NCBI GenBank assembly: GCA_964016885.1
Contig: OZ024742.1
Coordinates: forward strand, 176,576,001-176,640,000
Reading direction: 5' to 3'
DNA from: Eledone cirrhosa
Lineage: Eukaryota
Length of the DNA stretch: 64,000 bases
The notes under the pieces: model-generated
The model's input: only the letters and a program-made list of their open reading frames with translations
The model's database searches: none
Told to the model about the DNA's origin: nothing
Program-made: the position numbers and the translations under genes
In this document: positions 22,490 to 34,801 of the stretch, in pieces
How positions within the stretch are numbered: the stretch's first letter is position 1
Layout: each line of letters opens with the position of its first letter

Positions 22490-24295
22490 ACTAAATTTCC
22501 TCTAAAACCAAAACACCATTAATATTACCTTCACCAATTCCACCATATCCTACCACCATCCACACAATCACCATCTACTCCAACAACACCATCATCAACT
22601 CCAACAACACCACCATCCACGCTATCAGGCATCAACACCAACAACATCCACATTAACACCAAGAACATTCCAATCACGAACAACACCATCAACCCCCACC
22701 TCCACCATCAACTCTCAAAATATCATCATCAGCACCAACTATATTACCATCAACATCAAAATGAAGTCTTACACCACCAACATCATCATCATCATCACCA
22801 TCATCATCATCACCATAAAACAACAACTATAATAATAGAAATAAGATCAGCACCGCAAGCACAACAACATCACCTCCAATATACATCACCACCATAACCA
22901 CGACCAATAATAGTTATGCAACTAGCTACAGCAGCACTACCAGCAAGACCACTTCAACACTATTAACAACAGTAATAATAAAACGAGCACCACCACTAAT
23001 ACCACCATAACACAAACAACACCAACAGTTATACACCAACAACCAACAACACTACCACCGCCGCAACCATCTTAACCCTCACCACCACCATCTCATCATC
23101 ATAAAGAACAATAATAATTGTTTCTACGTTAGGCACAAGGCCAGCAAATTACCCAGTGCATTACTGGTACTTTATTTTATCGACCCCGTAAGGATGAAAG
23201 GCAAAGTTATGGTTTCTAATTTAGTCTTAAGACAAACCATTTGGGGGAGGGGAAAGTTAATACAATCGACCCCAGTCCATTACTGGTACTTTTATTTTAT
23301 CAACCACGGAAGAATGAAAGGCTAAACTAACCTCTGCACGATTTTAAGTCAGATCATAAGGGGTCGTAACTACATGCCACAAAGCATGTTGATCTTCAAC
23401 AATATTAATGATTCCTACTATAGGCACGAGGCCAGCAATTTTGGTGGAGGGGAAAGTCGATTAAATCGACTCCAGTGCATTACTGGTACTTTTATGTTCT
23501 TTACCTCTTAAGGATGATAGGCGATTTTAACTCAGAACATAAAGGGTCGTAACTACATGCCGCAAAGCATATTGATCCTCACCAATAATTATTGTTTCTA
23601 CTTTTGGCACAAGGCCAGCAATTATGCCAGTGCATAACTGGTACTTTATGTTATCGACCCCGTAAGTATACAAGGTAAAATTAACTTCGGCGGGATTTGA
23701 ACTCAGACTGTAAAGGGACGTAACTCTATGCTGGAAAGCATGGCATTAGACCTCCTACCGATACTGCCAATCCAGCAATAATAATGCAGTCAATTTCACT
23801 GCCATCACTATCATCACCACCAAAAATACTACCAACATCACCATCAACAGGAACACCACCAACGTCACAACCTTCACCGCCACCACTATCACCACCAACA
23901 CCACGATGACAATCAGTACTTCATTATCATCATTGTCATTAATACCACCACTGTGATGACTATGAATACCAACCAACACCACTATGATAACAATCAAGTA
24001 CCCCATTAGCAATCAATTATCTAACAACAACAGGACGATGACAATCACGTACTCCACTAACAATCCAGTACCCACCACATCAACACGATGACAACCAAAT
24101 GTTTCATTAACAATCATGGCCCACCAACACCACCACGATGACAATCAAGTACTCTACTAACAATCCAGTGCTCACCGGCACCATAGCCAAAACCAACATT
24201 GTCCCCTAATACTCCTACTTCAGTAGCACTATACCCACCACAACGACAACAACGCGGACAACGATAACAACAAGAGCCAGATCATCACGCACGCC
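22490..24295. repeat. Cryptic (CAC/CAA/CAT)n low-complexity region interrupted by SINEs
   Basis: Degenerate triplet repeats; ~45-50-bp unit GATGACAATCA.GTAC..C.ACTAACAATC recurring at ~23905-24170. Confidence 0.8.
23112..23772 (-). mobile_element. Run of about four head-to-tail tRNA-SINE copies of different ages
   Basis: Repeated TTTCTAC.TT.GGCACAAGGCCAGCAA...TACTGGTACTTT...GATGAAAGGC. Confidence 0.85.
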
Positions 24296-24296
24296 C

Positions 24297-24695
24297 TAAC
24301 AAATTATTGTTTCTACTTTTGGCACAAGGCCAGCAATTATTCCAGTGTATTACTGGTACTTTATTTTATTGACCCCGTAAGGACAAAGGGCAAAATTAAC
24401 CACGGCGGGATTTGAACTCTGAATATAAAGGGCCGTAAGTCTATGCTGCAAAGCATGGCGTCTGACCCTCTACCCTTAGTGCCAATCCATCGCCCTAACA
24501 AATAATAATTGTTTCTACTTTTGGCACAAGGCCAGCAAATCACCCAGTACATTACTGGTACTTTATTTTATCGACCCCGTAAGGATGAAAGGCAACGTTA
24601 ACCTCGACGGGATTTGAACTCATACCGTAAAGGGACGTAACTATGCTGGAAAGCATGGCGTCCGACTCACTACCGATACTGCCAATCCACCGCCC
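24297..24695 (-). mobile_element. Two head-to-tail full-length tRNA-SINE copies
   Basis: Both end (SINE 5') in GCCAATCCA.CGCCC and contain GGATTTGAACTC (B box reverse complement). Confidence 0.9.
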
Positions 24696-25629
24696 TCATA
24701 AATAATAATGATAATTAGAATCAAACATAAGCAAAATAAAAAATAAATCTAAAAACTTGCATGCTGTTTTATCAAAGGCCGGTGATGTGACAAACAGGAA
24801 ATCTGTTGAAAATATGAAAGGAAATAAACCAGAAGTAAATTGTTGGGTCTGCTCGTGTGAAGTAAATTTTGAGCAATTTAGGAGATTAGCTTTGCCAATA
24901 TTAACCATTCTTCATTAGTTAAAAAAAAAAGAAAAATGAAAATAATTACTCACAAACATTTTAACAAGTTGTGTTTTGTATTTGTTTAATTTTTTTTTAA
25001 ATGTTTGATAAAGAAAAATTAACCACAGCTACACCAATTCGCACAACATTAATTTATTCTATTTCTAGAATTTCAATGACTTTTCGTCATGTTCACAATC
25101 TCTTTCAGTCAATCTGTCACACATATTCGACTCATTGGACTGCCGAAATGCAGTTAATCTTTGTGGAAGAATCTCTTAAGGCTTAAATCCTTACGTTACC
25201 AAATATCTAATGAAACACACTACTTATGGTTTCAAAACAATTTTGAATGTAATTAAGAATTTCGAGAGATATAGTGATAAACTAAATTCCTCATTAATAA
25301 TGTGGTGTTTGGAAGGTAAATTAGCAAATAATTGTACTTAAAATTAATGTGGGATCATCTTGGGAGGTGAGGGGCCCAGTTGTGTTTTGCTTGAATATTG
25401 CAATGTGTTGTACAAACTTGAGAAACCGTGAGTAGAATACTGTAGCGCGCGGCCATCTTTGATCCGTCGTCTAGTTAGGAGCAATTTGGCTTAAGTCTAG
25501 TAGGGTTTTTTTTCATTTTTAACACTTTCGATATCAAACTGCATGTAAACACGCTTGTAAACACGCGTGAATGCAAATTTGTTTCTCTACCCCCCGCTCT
25601 CTCTCTCTCTAATATATATATATATATAT

Positions 25630-25817
25630 TATAAGAACAGGTTAAAGTTTGAGCAAAGAATCGCTGCTTTTACTCTTAACGCGATCTTCTGAAGGCAGCG
25701 ATTCTTTGCTTAAATTTTAATCTGTTTTTATAATAAATATTTGCCCTAAAGGTTTATATATATTTTATATATATATATAATTCTTATCGAGCCCTCTTCA
25801 GATTTTAGTCTTCACAT
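25630..25817. repeat. Short repeat beginning with a ~100-bp hairpin; family copy at 50901-51180
   Basis: AACAG.TTAAAGTTT.AGCAAAGAATCGCTGC...GCAGCGATTCTTTGCTTAAATTTTAATCTGTT; shared 3' end TTATCGAGCCCTCTT..GAT.TTAGTCT.CA.ATTT. Confidence 0.75.
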
Positions 25818-25837
25818 TTATTATTATTATTATTATT

Positions 25838-26816
25838 GGAGCTGCAGTCCTGGGTCAAGCGAAGACCGAGGGGGAGCGCCTGGAGACTGGAATATCTTCA
25901 GGCGCTCACAGCCCTCGACGAATCGGGCAATGTGATCGGTGGAAACTCCACCTCGGCGTTCTATAGAGGATTAGTGGAGGGGAAGAGCGACGACGTAGTT
26001 GGGGAAAATCTAGGTGTCGACGAAAATCAACTAGCCAATCTCTTCGTAAGAACTTTCGGGCCGAGACCTATGGACGACTTCCAGAAATCTCTGGCCTGGC
26101 AGTGCTACCGAGGAGCCTTGCCTGTTCGGGATAAACTCTACAGGCATGGAGCTGCCGTCATCCGGACATGTCCGAGATGCGCGCAAGACGACGAAACCGT
26201 CCTGCATGCACTCGTTCAGTGTCCGAAAATTGCTGACTTGTGGGTTTATGTCGAACACCTGCTGTCGCGTGTAGGACGGATCCGTCTATCAGCTGAGTCC
26301 ATCGTGAGGATTGCCCCGGGAAAGGCAGGCAGTTTTTATCTGTCTGGTGACCATGGCGAAAGAGATAGTATGGTGGACACGTTTGAAAGGGCTGAAAACG
26401 AGCACTTACCTCTTCGGTGATGCCCTGATTGACATTTTCCAATTTCATTTGAAAAGGAAAATCAGGGTAGAGAGGGAAGTGCTCTCTTCCCAGCATTTTG
26501 TTGAAAGATGGGTGAGAGAAGCAAGAATGGCCCCAGTGAATGGGCCTACTCTGAGTACGTATCTGTAAATTAAAGGTGGACAACTGGGAGAGGGCACATG
26601 CCTTGGTGGTCAGGTTCACTGTGGCCTTTTACTGGGCTTTCTCCACAAATGTGCCTCCGAAGTCTCCCCCCTATTGGGGAATTTTTCATTGTTATTTTTG
26701 TTACATCCTCTCTTTTTGTTTTTTACACGCAGAAATGCCCATTTGTACCGTCCTGTATTGCCTTGTACTGTCCTTAATGTCTACTTTATGTAAACCCTTG
26801 TGGTTAATAAAGAAAA

Positions 26817-26817
<1 letters not shown>
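25838..26817 (+). mobile_element. 5'-truncated Tx1/L1-clade LINE (ORF2 C-terminal zinc-finger region and 3' UTR)
   Basis: GALPVRDKLYRHG...CPRC.QDDETVLHALVQC; highly similar to 37376-38362; flanked by (ATT)n on both sides. Confidence 0.92.
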
Positions 26818-26860
<43 letters not shown>

Positions 26861-26861
<1 letters not shown>

Positions 26862-29800
26862 AGTTGCATTTATCTTGCTTTATGTTCATAAGAGTTATCA
26901 CCAAGTCACAACCAGTGACCCCAAGAGACAACAAGGTCCGCCATGTTCAAGAAAGAACATACATATTCACACATGCATCTTTAGTGTTTAGACTTGTGAT
27001 GTACTTATATTGACAGAATCTTCCTTAGTATATGGGCAGTTCCCATTAGTACTATCTTTTGTATTTCTCCTATACGCGGGTTTCCTGGGATTTGCGATAT
27101 GTAATCATTAGACCCTTTAGGTATCATTCCCAGAGCGCCTACAACCACTGGTATTGTTTTAGTTCTCAATTTCCAGTTTTTTCCAATTTCTATCTCCAGG
27201 TCCTTACACTTGCTCAATTTTTCAAATGTTTTTATAGATACATTCTTGTCTATTGGAACAGACATATCAATTAGCAGGCATACCCTCTTTTGAAAGTCTT
27301 TCAATATTATATCAGGTCTGTTTGCATCTATTTTTCGGTCTGTTTGGATGCTAAAGTTCCACAAGATTGAGATGTGATCTTTTTCAAGTATGGGAGGTGG
27401 TTGATGCCCCCACCAATTCTTTTGATGGGGCAGGTCAAAATGCTTACATATTATCCTATGTATGTATTGTGCAGCTCTGTCATGCTTGTTTAGGTATTCG
27501 GTTGGAGCTATAGGACTGCACATTGAAATTATATGGTCAATGGTCTCTGGTTGTTTTTTGCATACACGGCATAATGGGCTGCACCCATTTTTTATTATGT
27601 TGGCTTGGTAATTTTTTGTTGGCAGACACTGTGCCGATATAATCAGTCCTTCAGTCTCCGATTTCAGTCCAGAGGATGCCAACCACTGATGGGTTAAAGT
27701 TTTGTCAACATCAGGATTGTTAGCTCGCTCTGGGTATTTTCCATACAGAGGCTTTTATTGCCATTTCTTAGCCAGTTTCTGTAGCAGTTCTTTCTTTGCA
27801 GTTACTTTTACCTGCTTTGCTTTTTCTGTGTTTTCCATTTCAGCAGTAAATGGGACTTCTGAAATTTGTAATCCATTACTGAATCTTTGTGCATCTTTTG
27901 TAATGGAATATGATCTTTTGATACTTTCGTGTTTCAAAACGAGTTTGATGATCCAATCATGTGATTCCCTTAGATATGTAGATAATCCAATTGTTGCAGT
28001 TTTCAACGCAATGTCTAACTGGATTAACCCACGTCCTCCTTCTTTCCTAGGGAGATATATTCTATCTATATCTGCCTTAGGGTGATGCATTCTGTGCATG
28101 GTTAAGAATTTTCGAATTTTTGTATCGAGCCTACGGATCTCTGTGCTTGACCAGTTGATGACATTGTAACTGTAGGTTACTACTGGTATGGCAAGCGTGT
28201 TTATGGCATCGATCCTATTCCTTGCATTCAATTCCGTTCTTAAGATTGTTCTTACTCTGCGGTAACATTCCTTCCTTATCCTTTCCCTCATTGTCGAGTG
28301 CTTGATTCCGTCTCCTTCACAAACACCTAGATATTTGTAAGTTTTTCTTGATCAAGTTCTCTTATCACGTTCCCCCGATCAAGACTAATGTCTGAACTCT
28401 TCAGCAGCTTTCCTCTGGTGAACGTTGCTTTGGCGCATTTATCTAGTCCAAAGTCCATTTTAATGTCATCACTGAACTGCTTCACAGTGGATAATAGCCC
28501 TTGCAATTGTTCATCATTTTTTGCAAATAGTTTCAGGTCATCCATGTAGAACAGGTGTTTAATGGTTTTGTCATCGACTTTATATCCATGTTTTGTTTCA
28601 TTGAGCATTTTACTTAATGGTATAAGTGCTATGCAGAATAAAAGCTGTGATAAAGAGTCACCCTGAAAAATTCCACAATTAATATTAACTTCTCCAGCTT
28701 CCAGTGATTTTGTTTCACTATTCAAAAGGAGTGTCGTTTTCCATGTCTTCATACTGAATGACAAAAACCTCCTGACAACGGGGGATACTTTGAAAATCTC
28801 TAAACATTTTTCAATCCAACTGTGTGGCAAACTATCAAATGCTTTTTTATAATCTATCCAAGCAATCGATAGATTTTTGTGTCTATTATGACAATCTTCC
28901 AGTATCATTTTGTTAACCAGAAGCTGATCCTTACAGCCATATGAGCCTCGTTTACACCCTTTCTGCTCAATGGGGAATAGGTCATATGTGTATTCAGTTA
29001 GGACTGATGTTAAAATTTTATACATAGTGGTCAAGCAAGTTATCGGTCTGTAATTTTTGGGAATGTTTGTCTCATCATTCTTCGGAAGCAGGAATGTAAT
29101 GCCGTTAACTAGCCATGAAGGTATCTTTTCTGGCTCCTTAACTATTTCATTGTAAAGTTGGGCTAACAGCTCATGAGACTCTGTGAAGGCATTTATCCAA
29201 AAGTTTTGTATTTTGTCTTTTCCTGGGGATTTCCATTTGCTGGTTTTTCTTAGAGCCAAGCGCAACTGTTCAACTGTTATATTTTCCCATGTTTGTTCCT
29301 CAAGGTGAGCTGTATCTTTCATTTGTCTGTCTATCCATGGGGCATGTATGTTATGAACTTTTTCTTCGGCCCAGATCTTTTCCCAGAATTCTTGCACTTC
29401 CTCCTTGGGTGGTATTGATTTAGCAGTTATTGTTGACTTACCAATTTTTCTGTAGAAGTTTCTTTGGTTGTTTTTGAACATATTATTGTCCTTATAGAAT
29501 CTAGATCGTTTTTCAAAGCGCCTTATACGAGCAGCTTTGGCCGACACTTTTTGCTTGATTATTTCTATCAGCATGTCTATGTCACATGTTGATTTTATAC
29601 CGTACTTTTTTTTCAATTTTCTAAGTTTAGTTTGTTTAACATGTTCACCTACTTTATAGTTTGTTAACATTTCTATGTCAGATCGGAGAAGGTTTATTTG
29701 GCGATTGATGTTCTCTTGCCAAGTAGATTTCTTGTGGGAATTCCTTTGTTTTTTCATCTTCACTCCACATAAGTGAGTGGTGACTTTAGCCGATGCATAA

Positions 29801-30344
29801 TAGAGATGATTTAAATCAGTAATGTTTAATTTGTTTGTGATGATAATGTTTTTGAGAATTATGTTAGTCTTGTGTATTATCTTTTGGTTCTGTTTGGAGT
29901 TATGGATCTTAGGGAGGGTGTCTCGTTGCCCCATGTCAGATTCTTTCATTTTCATCCATTCGATCATAATTTCATCCTTCAAGTTGGCAAGTTCGTTCTC
30001 ATTCATTTCTTTATCATTTACGATCTCATTATTTTCATTTGGAGTTTCATCCTGAGCATGCACTCCCTCCACATTTTCGATCCTTTCTTTAATTTGTTCT
30101 GATGCCAGTGATTCCGCCCCAACGCTGGGATTCGAAGTGTTACAGTTTACCTCGTTTTCACTGACACATGTTTCATTTTCCCTTCGCTGACTTTGTGCTA
30201 TTAGCTTGATCTGATCAATTTCTATATCAGTTAGTAACTTTTTTCTTACAATATTTCTTCGTATATTGGCTAGTTTGTTACTGTCAATATAGCCTCCGTT
30301 TTCGGGATGTTTCTTTTTCCAGTTGATATATGTCTGTTCTGTAT
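26861..30344 (-). mobile_element. Dong/R4-clade LINE, nearly full length, with a few frameshifts and stops
   Basis: ORF 28327-30444 NYRPITCL..EQKGC..WIDYKKAFDS..GIFQGDSLS..HLFYMDDLKLF; 27755-28291 DIDRIYLPRKEGGRGL; 27005-27682 CRVC..ETIDHIISMC..NRPDIILKD..LIDMSVP; (TAA)n flanks. Confidence 0.93.
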
Positions 30345-30371
30345 TTATTATTATTATTATTATTATTATTC

Positions 30372-30427
<56 letters not shown>

Positions 30428-30428
<1 letters not shown>

Positions 30429-32580
30429 TTTGAGTCTCAGTCATTGATGTTAGTTAACTGGAAAGTTTGTTGAAATGAATATCAAGCCACTACCTGCAGC
30501 CTCAGATGTTCAGGACGTATCGGAGGGTTCTTGCTGTTCCCAGCAAGCATGCCTTTTGAAGTGTTCCAAAAAGCGTGGCGGGGCCAATTTTCTTTAACCA
30601 TCCCTGGAAACTTTTTGAGATAGTACCTAGTGCGCCTATGACAATCGGGACCACTTTGACTTCATGGCAGTTCCAAATCCTTTTTACCTCCCACTTTAAG
30701 TCCTGGTATCAGTTAATTTTCTCCCTCTCCTTCTCTTGCACTCTCGTGTCGAATGGGCAGGCCACATCCACAATCAGGCACGATCTTTTTTCTTTGTCCA
30801 AAACCAGCAGGTCAGGTCTATTGTGTTCCAGTTTCTTGTCCGTATGTATCCTAAAATCCCACAGCACCTTCACCTGATCGTTTTCTATCACCGACTATGG
30901 CTTATGCTCATACCACTTCTCAGAATGTGGTAAATTGTTTACTTTGCATAGATGCAAGTGGATCACCCTGCCCATCACATCATGTCTCCAGCCCTTATAG
31001 TGAGTCTGGGCTAGGTGTTTACACTCGGATACAATGTGAGCCACAGTCTCTCCCCTCTCTCTCTCCACAGATCCTGCACAGTGGGCTAGCATCCTCCTTG
31101 TAAATATGGTGTTTCAACCACTTCGTTTTGAGGGCCTGCTCTTGCTCAGCCATTAATATTCCTTCTGTAGCCTTTTTAAGGTCTCATCTTTTCAACCAGT
31201 TCCATGTCTGTGGATCTCTGAATTCAGTTTTCTCAAAGAAGGTACTATGAAGGGATTTGTCATGAAGGCTGATCTTTCTCCTTGTTGTTATTTCCTCCTT
31301 GGACATCCCCTGGTCTATTGTCCTCTCCTTCAGTACAATTCTGAGCATTGGCTCCTTACTATCAATCACGTATTTGTGTAGGTTGTTTTTCTCCATCTGA
31401 ACACAGTCCTCTATGCTGAAAAGACCGCTTCCACCCCCAGATCTCCTTACGTAGAGTCTATCAACATCCCTCCTCTTGTGGAACATGTTGTAGATAGTCA
31501 ATAGCTTCCTAGTCCATTTCTTTTTGTTCAGCACATTCCATCTCAGAATTCCCGCAATGTACCTAATAATAGACACAGCTCGGGAATTTGCTGCACTTAT
31601 GGCATTCCTACTGTTCAGATGTGACTTTAATACGCTCCTTACTCTCCGAATGTATTCAGATCTTATCAATTCCATCATTTTTTTGTTCTTGATGCCTCCA
31701 GAACACCCAAATACGTGTATCCTTCTTCAGTGTCAATTTCCTTTATCATCTCACATGTTGGTACCTGGATTCCGTTGCTTCTGCTCAATTTACCCCTCTT
31801 CATCACAAGGACTCCACACTTACTAATACCAAATTGCATGCATATATCATTGCTGAAAATACGGACAGTGTCAACAAGCACATCCAACTCCTTCCCACTC
31901 TTCCCGAAGAGCTTAAGATCGTCCATGAAGAGGAGGCGATTGATGGTAAGCTCTCCCTTTCCCAACTTGTATCCTACTCTCACTTTTCGCAGTATAATGG
32001 TCAGGGGCATCAGGCCAAGGACAAACAACAGAGGGGACAGACTATCTCCCTGGAAGATACCTCTCTTGATCTTCACGCTTCCCAAGGATTCTCCAGCTGA
32101 AGTTAACTCTGTTTTCCAGGACTTCATACTTTTGCCCAACAACTGTCTGATGTTATCTGCCACCGTGAGATCTCTAGGCTTTTGGTGATCCAAGAATGAG
32201 GCAACATGTCAAATGCCTTTTTGTAGTCTATCCATCCCACGGCAAGACCAGTGTGTCTCCTCTTGCAATTCCTCATTACCATCTTATCAATAAGTAACTG
32301 GTCTTTTGTACCACGGGACTTCTTTCGGCATCCTTTCTGTACTTCCGGTAACAAGTTGTTTGTGTGGGGGTGATGGTAGATATCCTCAGACATAATGTTT
32401 GTCAACAGTTTCCACATTACGGACAGACATGTGGTAGGTCTATAGTTGGTAACATGATTACCCTTGATTCGGTCTTTCATTACCAGAACTGTGGTACCTT
32501 TTGTCAACCACTCTGGTACCTCACCTGACATCAAGCAGTCATTGAACATGGTTGTTAGTTTTGGGTGGAGGGATGTTATA

Positions 32581-32584
<4 letters not shown>
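30428..32584 (-). mobile_element. Second, distinct 5'-truncated Dong/R4-clade LINE
   Basis: ORF pieces NYRPTTCL, WIDYKKAFD, GIFQGDSLSPLLF, LLFMDDLKLF, DVDRLYV..GGSGL, ETVAHIVSEC, HNRPDLLVLD..IVDVACP; (TAA)n flanks. Confidence 0.92.
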
Positions 32585-32618
<34 letters not shown>

Positions 32619-32836
32619 GGCGACCTCCGTAGTAAATCGTATCATCGTGAGCTCCGCAAAGATTTGTTATTTTCAGTTAATTAAAATTGCCATTTATTGA
32701 CAATTTTTATTGTTTACTATATATATAAGTGCACATACATTGATTTCTGAAAAGGACACTCAACAATATTGGGGCCTTGAGCCCAAAATTTAAACTTTTT
32801 ATAATTATCAAACAAAAACTTTTTCTTTGAAAAATA

Positions 32837-34765
32837 ATGGATGACCCAGATTCACTCCTTCCTCACAATCCAAAACCTCACACCGACACCACCATTGTAA
32901 ACATTGCTACGTTTGCCAACACTGGAATTGTAAGCTGTAGCAATATTTTTAATTTGTCTCAGGCAGACGTTCATTTCCCGCCATTACCAATGACTGCAGG
33001 TGTTAAAGCCGCCATCACCACCACCACCACCACCACCACAGCGACAACAGAAACAAAAGAAAAAAATAAATTAACTCATTATATCGAAATGAATTCAACC
33101 AAAATGAACTCTTCCACACCGAACACCACTGACGCCACCACCACCACAACTGAAACTAAAATTAACAATAGCAAAAATAACGATAATAACAACAGCAACA
33201 ATGAAATTAAGAAAACTACCCTGCGTTTTGCCAGAGTAGCAAAAACGTGCGAAGCGATCCAGGTAACTCAGGAAGAATTAGACGATGCCAAAGGAATGGA
33301 AAAGAGAGATGGGTACAGGGTCAGCCCCCCCCCCCCCTCCCACACTTAATAAAATGGACCAACGTCGCCTATGCACCGTGTCTTATCGGACAATAAACAT
33401 AAAATCGCGCCGAGTGGAACGGGCATCTGAGTCCCAAATCCAAAAAGCTTTGGGACATGTGTGGGCAAAGAAAACCCACATCAGACGTGGGCAGAAGTAT
33501 GGAACCGTGGACGTGTTCTTTGAAAAACCACAGGAGGCCAGAGAGCACTCCATGACCTCATTAAGAAGTGAAGACTTCACACTCATCCCAAGCTATTGTG
33601 GCCAGAGACTTGTGAAGATCAGGGTGACCCACGTTCCACGGGCAATCGAAATTCCCTGGCTAATGGCTGCCGTCCTCACCAGCATCGAGGCCAACACCAA
33701 AATAATAGAAATAGCAAAAGAAAAGCAGGAGAACTGGTCTGGATCTGGGATGGAGCTCCTAATCCAAGCGGACCATAAAAGCATTGTGGAGATCCCAGAG
33801 GTAATAGACCTCACTGACGGCAGCCACCTCACCGCAATCGTCGAGGGCAGAAGACCTAGGTGTGTCGTTTGTGGTGAAGGAACCCACCTAAGGGCTTTCT
33901 GCCCACAGGCTAAAAGGTTGAGGCCACCTCACTTACCCACCCCAGTGACTCAACCATCAACACCACCAGCAGCAGAAATAGCAGCAACAACAGAAGCAAC
34001 TGTAACAGCAACAACCCCAGCAACAGTAGCAAAACCAACACCACCACCACCCAACGCCCCAGAACTATCACCAGCGCCTACACCATCCACCACGCCACAA
34101 CCAAAACCAACGCCTGTGGAGGAATTTCCACTCCCCGGCCTATCGCAACTGGAGACAGATTGTGACGACGAGGAGTGGGAAACAGTATCAGGAAAAAAGA
34201 AAAAAAAAAGAAACCAAAAAAGAAAAAAATTCTCTTCCTTCCCTCTCAAAAATCAAAATACAGAGAGAAACAAATAAATTATCGAACAAGAAAGTTAAGA
34301 CAGATATGCCACCATCTACACCAGCATCACCAACCCCACCACCACAAACACAAACACCATCACCACCATTAACCCCAAAACCACCATCACCAACACCACA
34401 AAAGTCACCAAAAAGCGTAACAGAAACAAACCCATAACAAACGCAAACAAAACAAAACAACCAAAACGATACACAGTACACAGCATTAAATTTGAACAAT
34501 AACCAATTATTACACTAAATGCAACACAACACCAGCATCATAGAAAAAGACTACACAACAACCCAAAAGTTCACGCCACCTCCACACATACAAATCACTC
34601 GCATCACACAGAAAACGTACACGACACTAAAACAAAAATTCCCCAAAGACATCGGAGACTTCCGACAAACACTCTCCAGGAGCATTTATAAGGACATCCT
34701 TCCGGAGGAGGCCACAAGCAGTGAAAAGGATGGACAAACCATCCTTCCTCTACAAGAAGTAAGGT
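32837..34765 (+). pseudogene. Tx1 ORF1 (gag-like nucleic-acid-binding protein), frameshifted in homopolymer runs
   Basis: ORFs 32837-33349, 33285-34277, 34162-34437, 34519-34767; CVVCGEGTHLRAFC (CX2CX4HX4C); Pro/Thr-rich linker; WETVSGKKKKKR. Confidence 0.75.
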
Positions 34766-34801
34766 AAGTGGTCTTTCTCATCTTTTCCACTCCATTTCAA
34801 C

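Noticed and set aside
23755-24012. Hydrophobic 85-aa membrane-like ORF
   Set aside because: Reverse translation of (CAC/CAA/CAT)n low-complexity DNA.
30345-30444. Poly-Ile N-terminus of the 705-aa ORF
   Set aside because: Read-through of the (TAA)n target tract; the element is truncated at ~30344.
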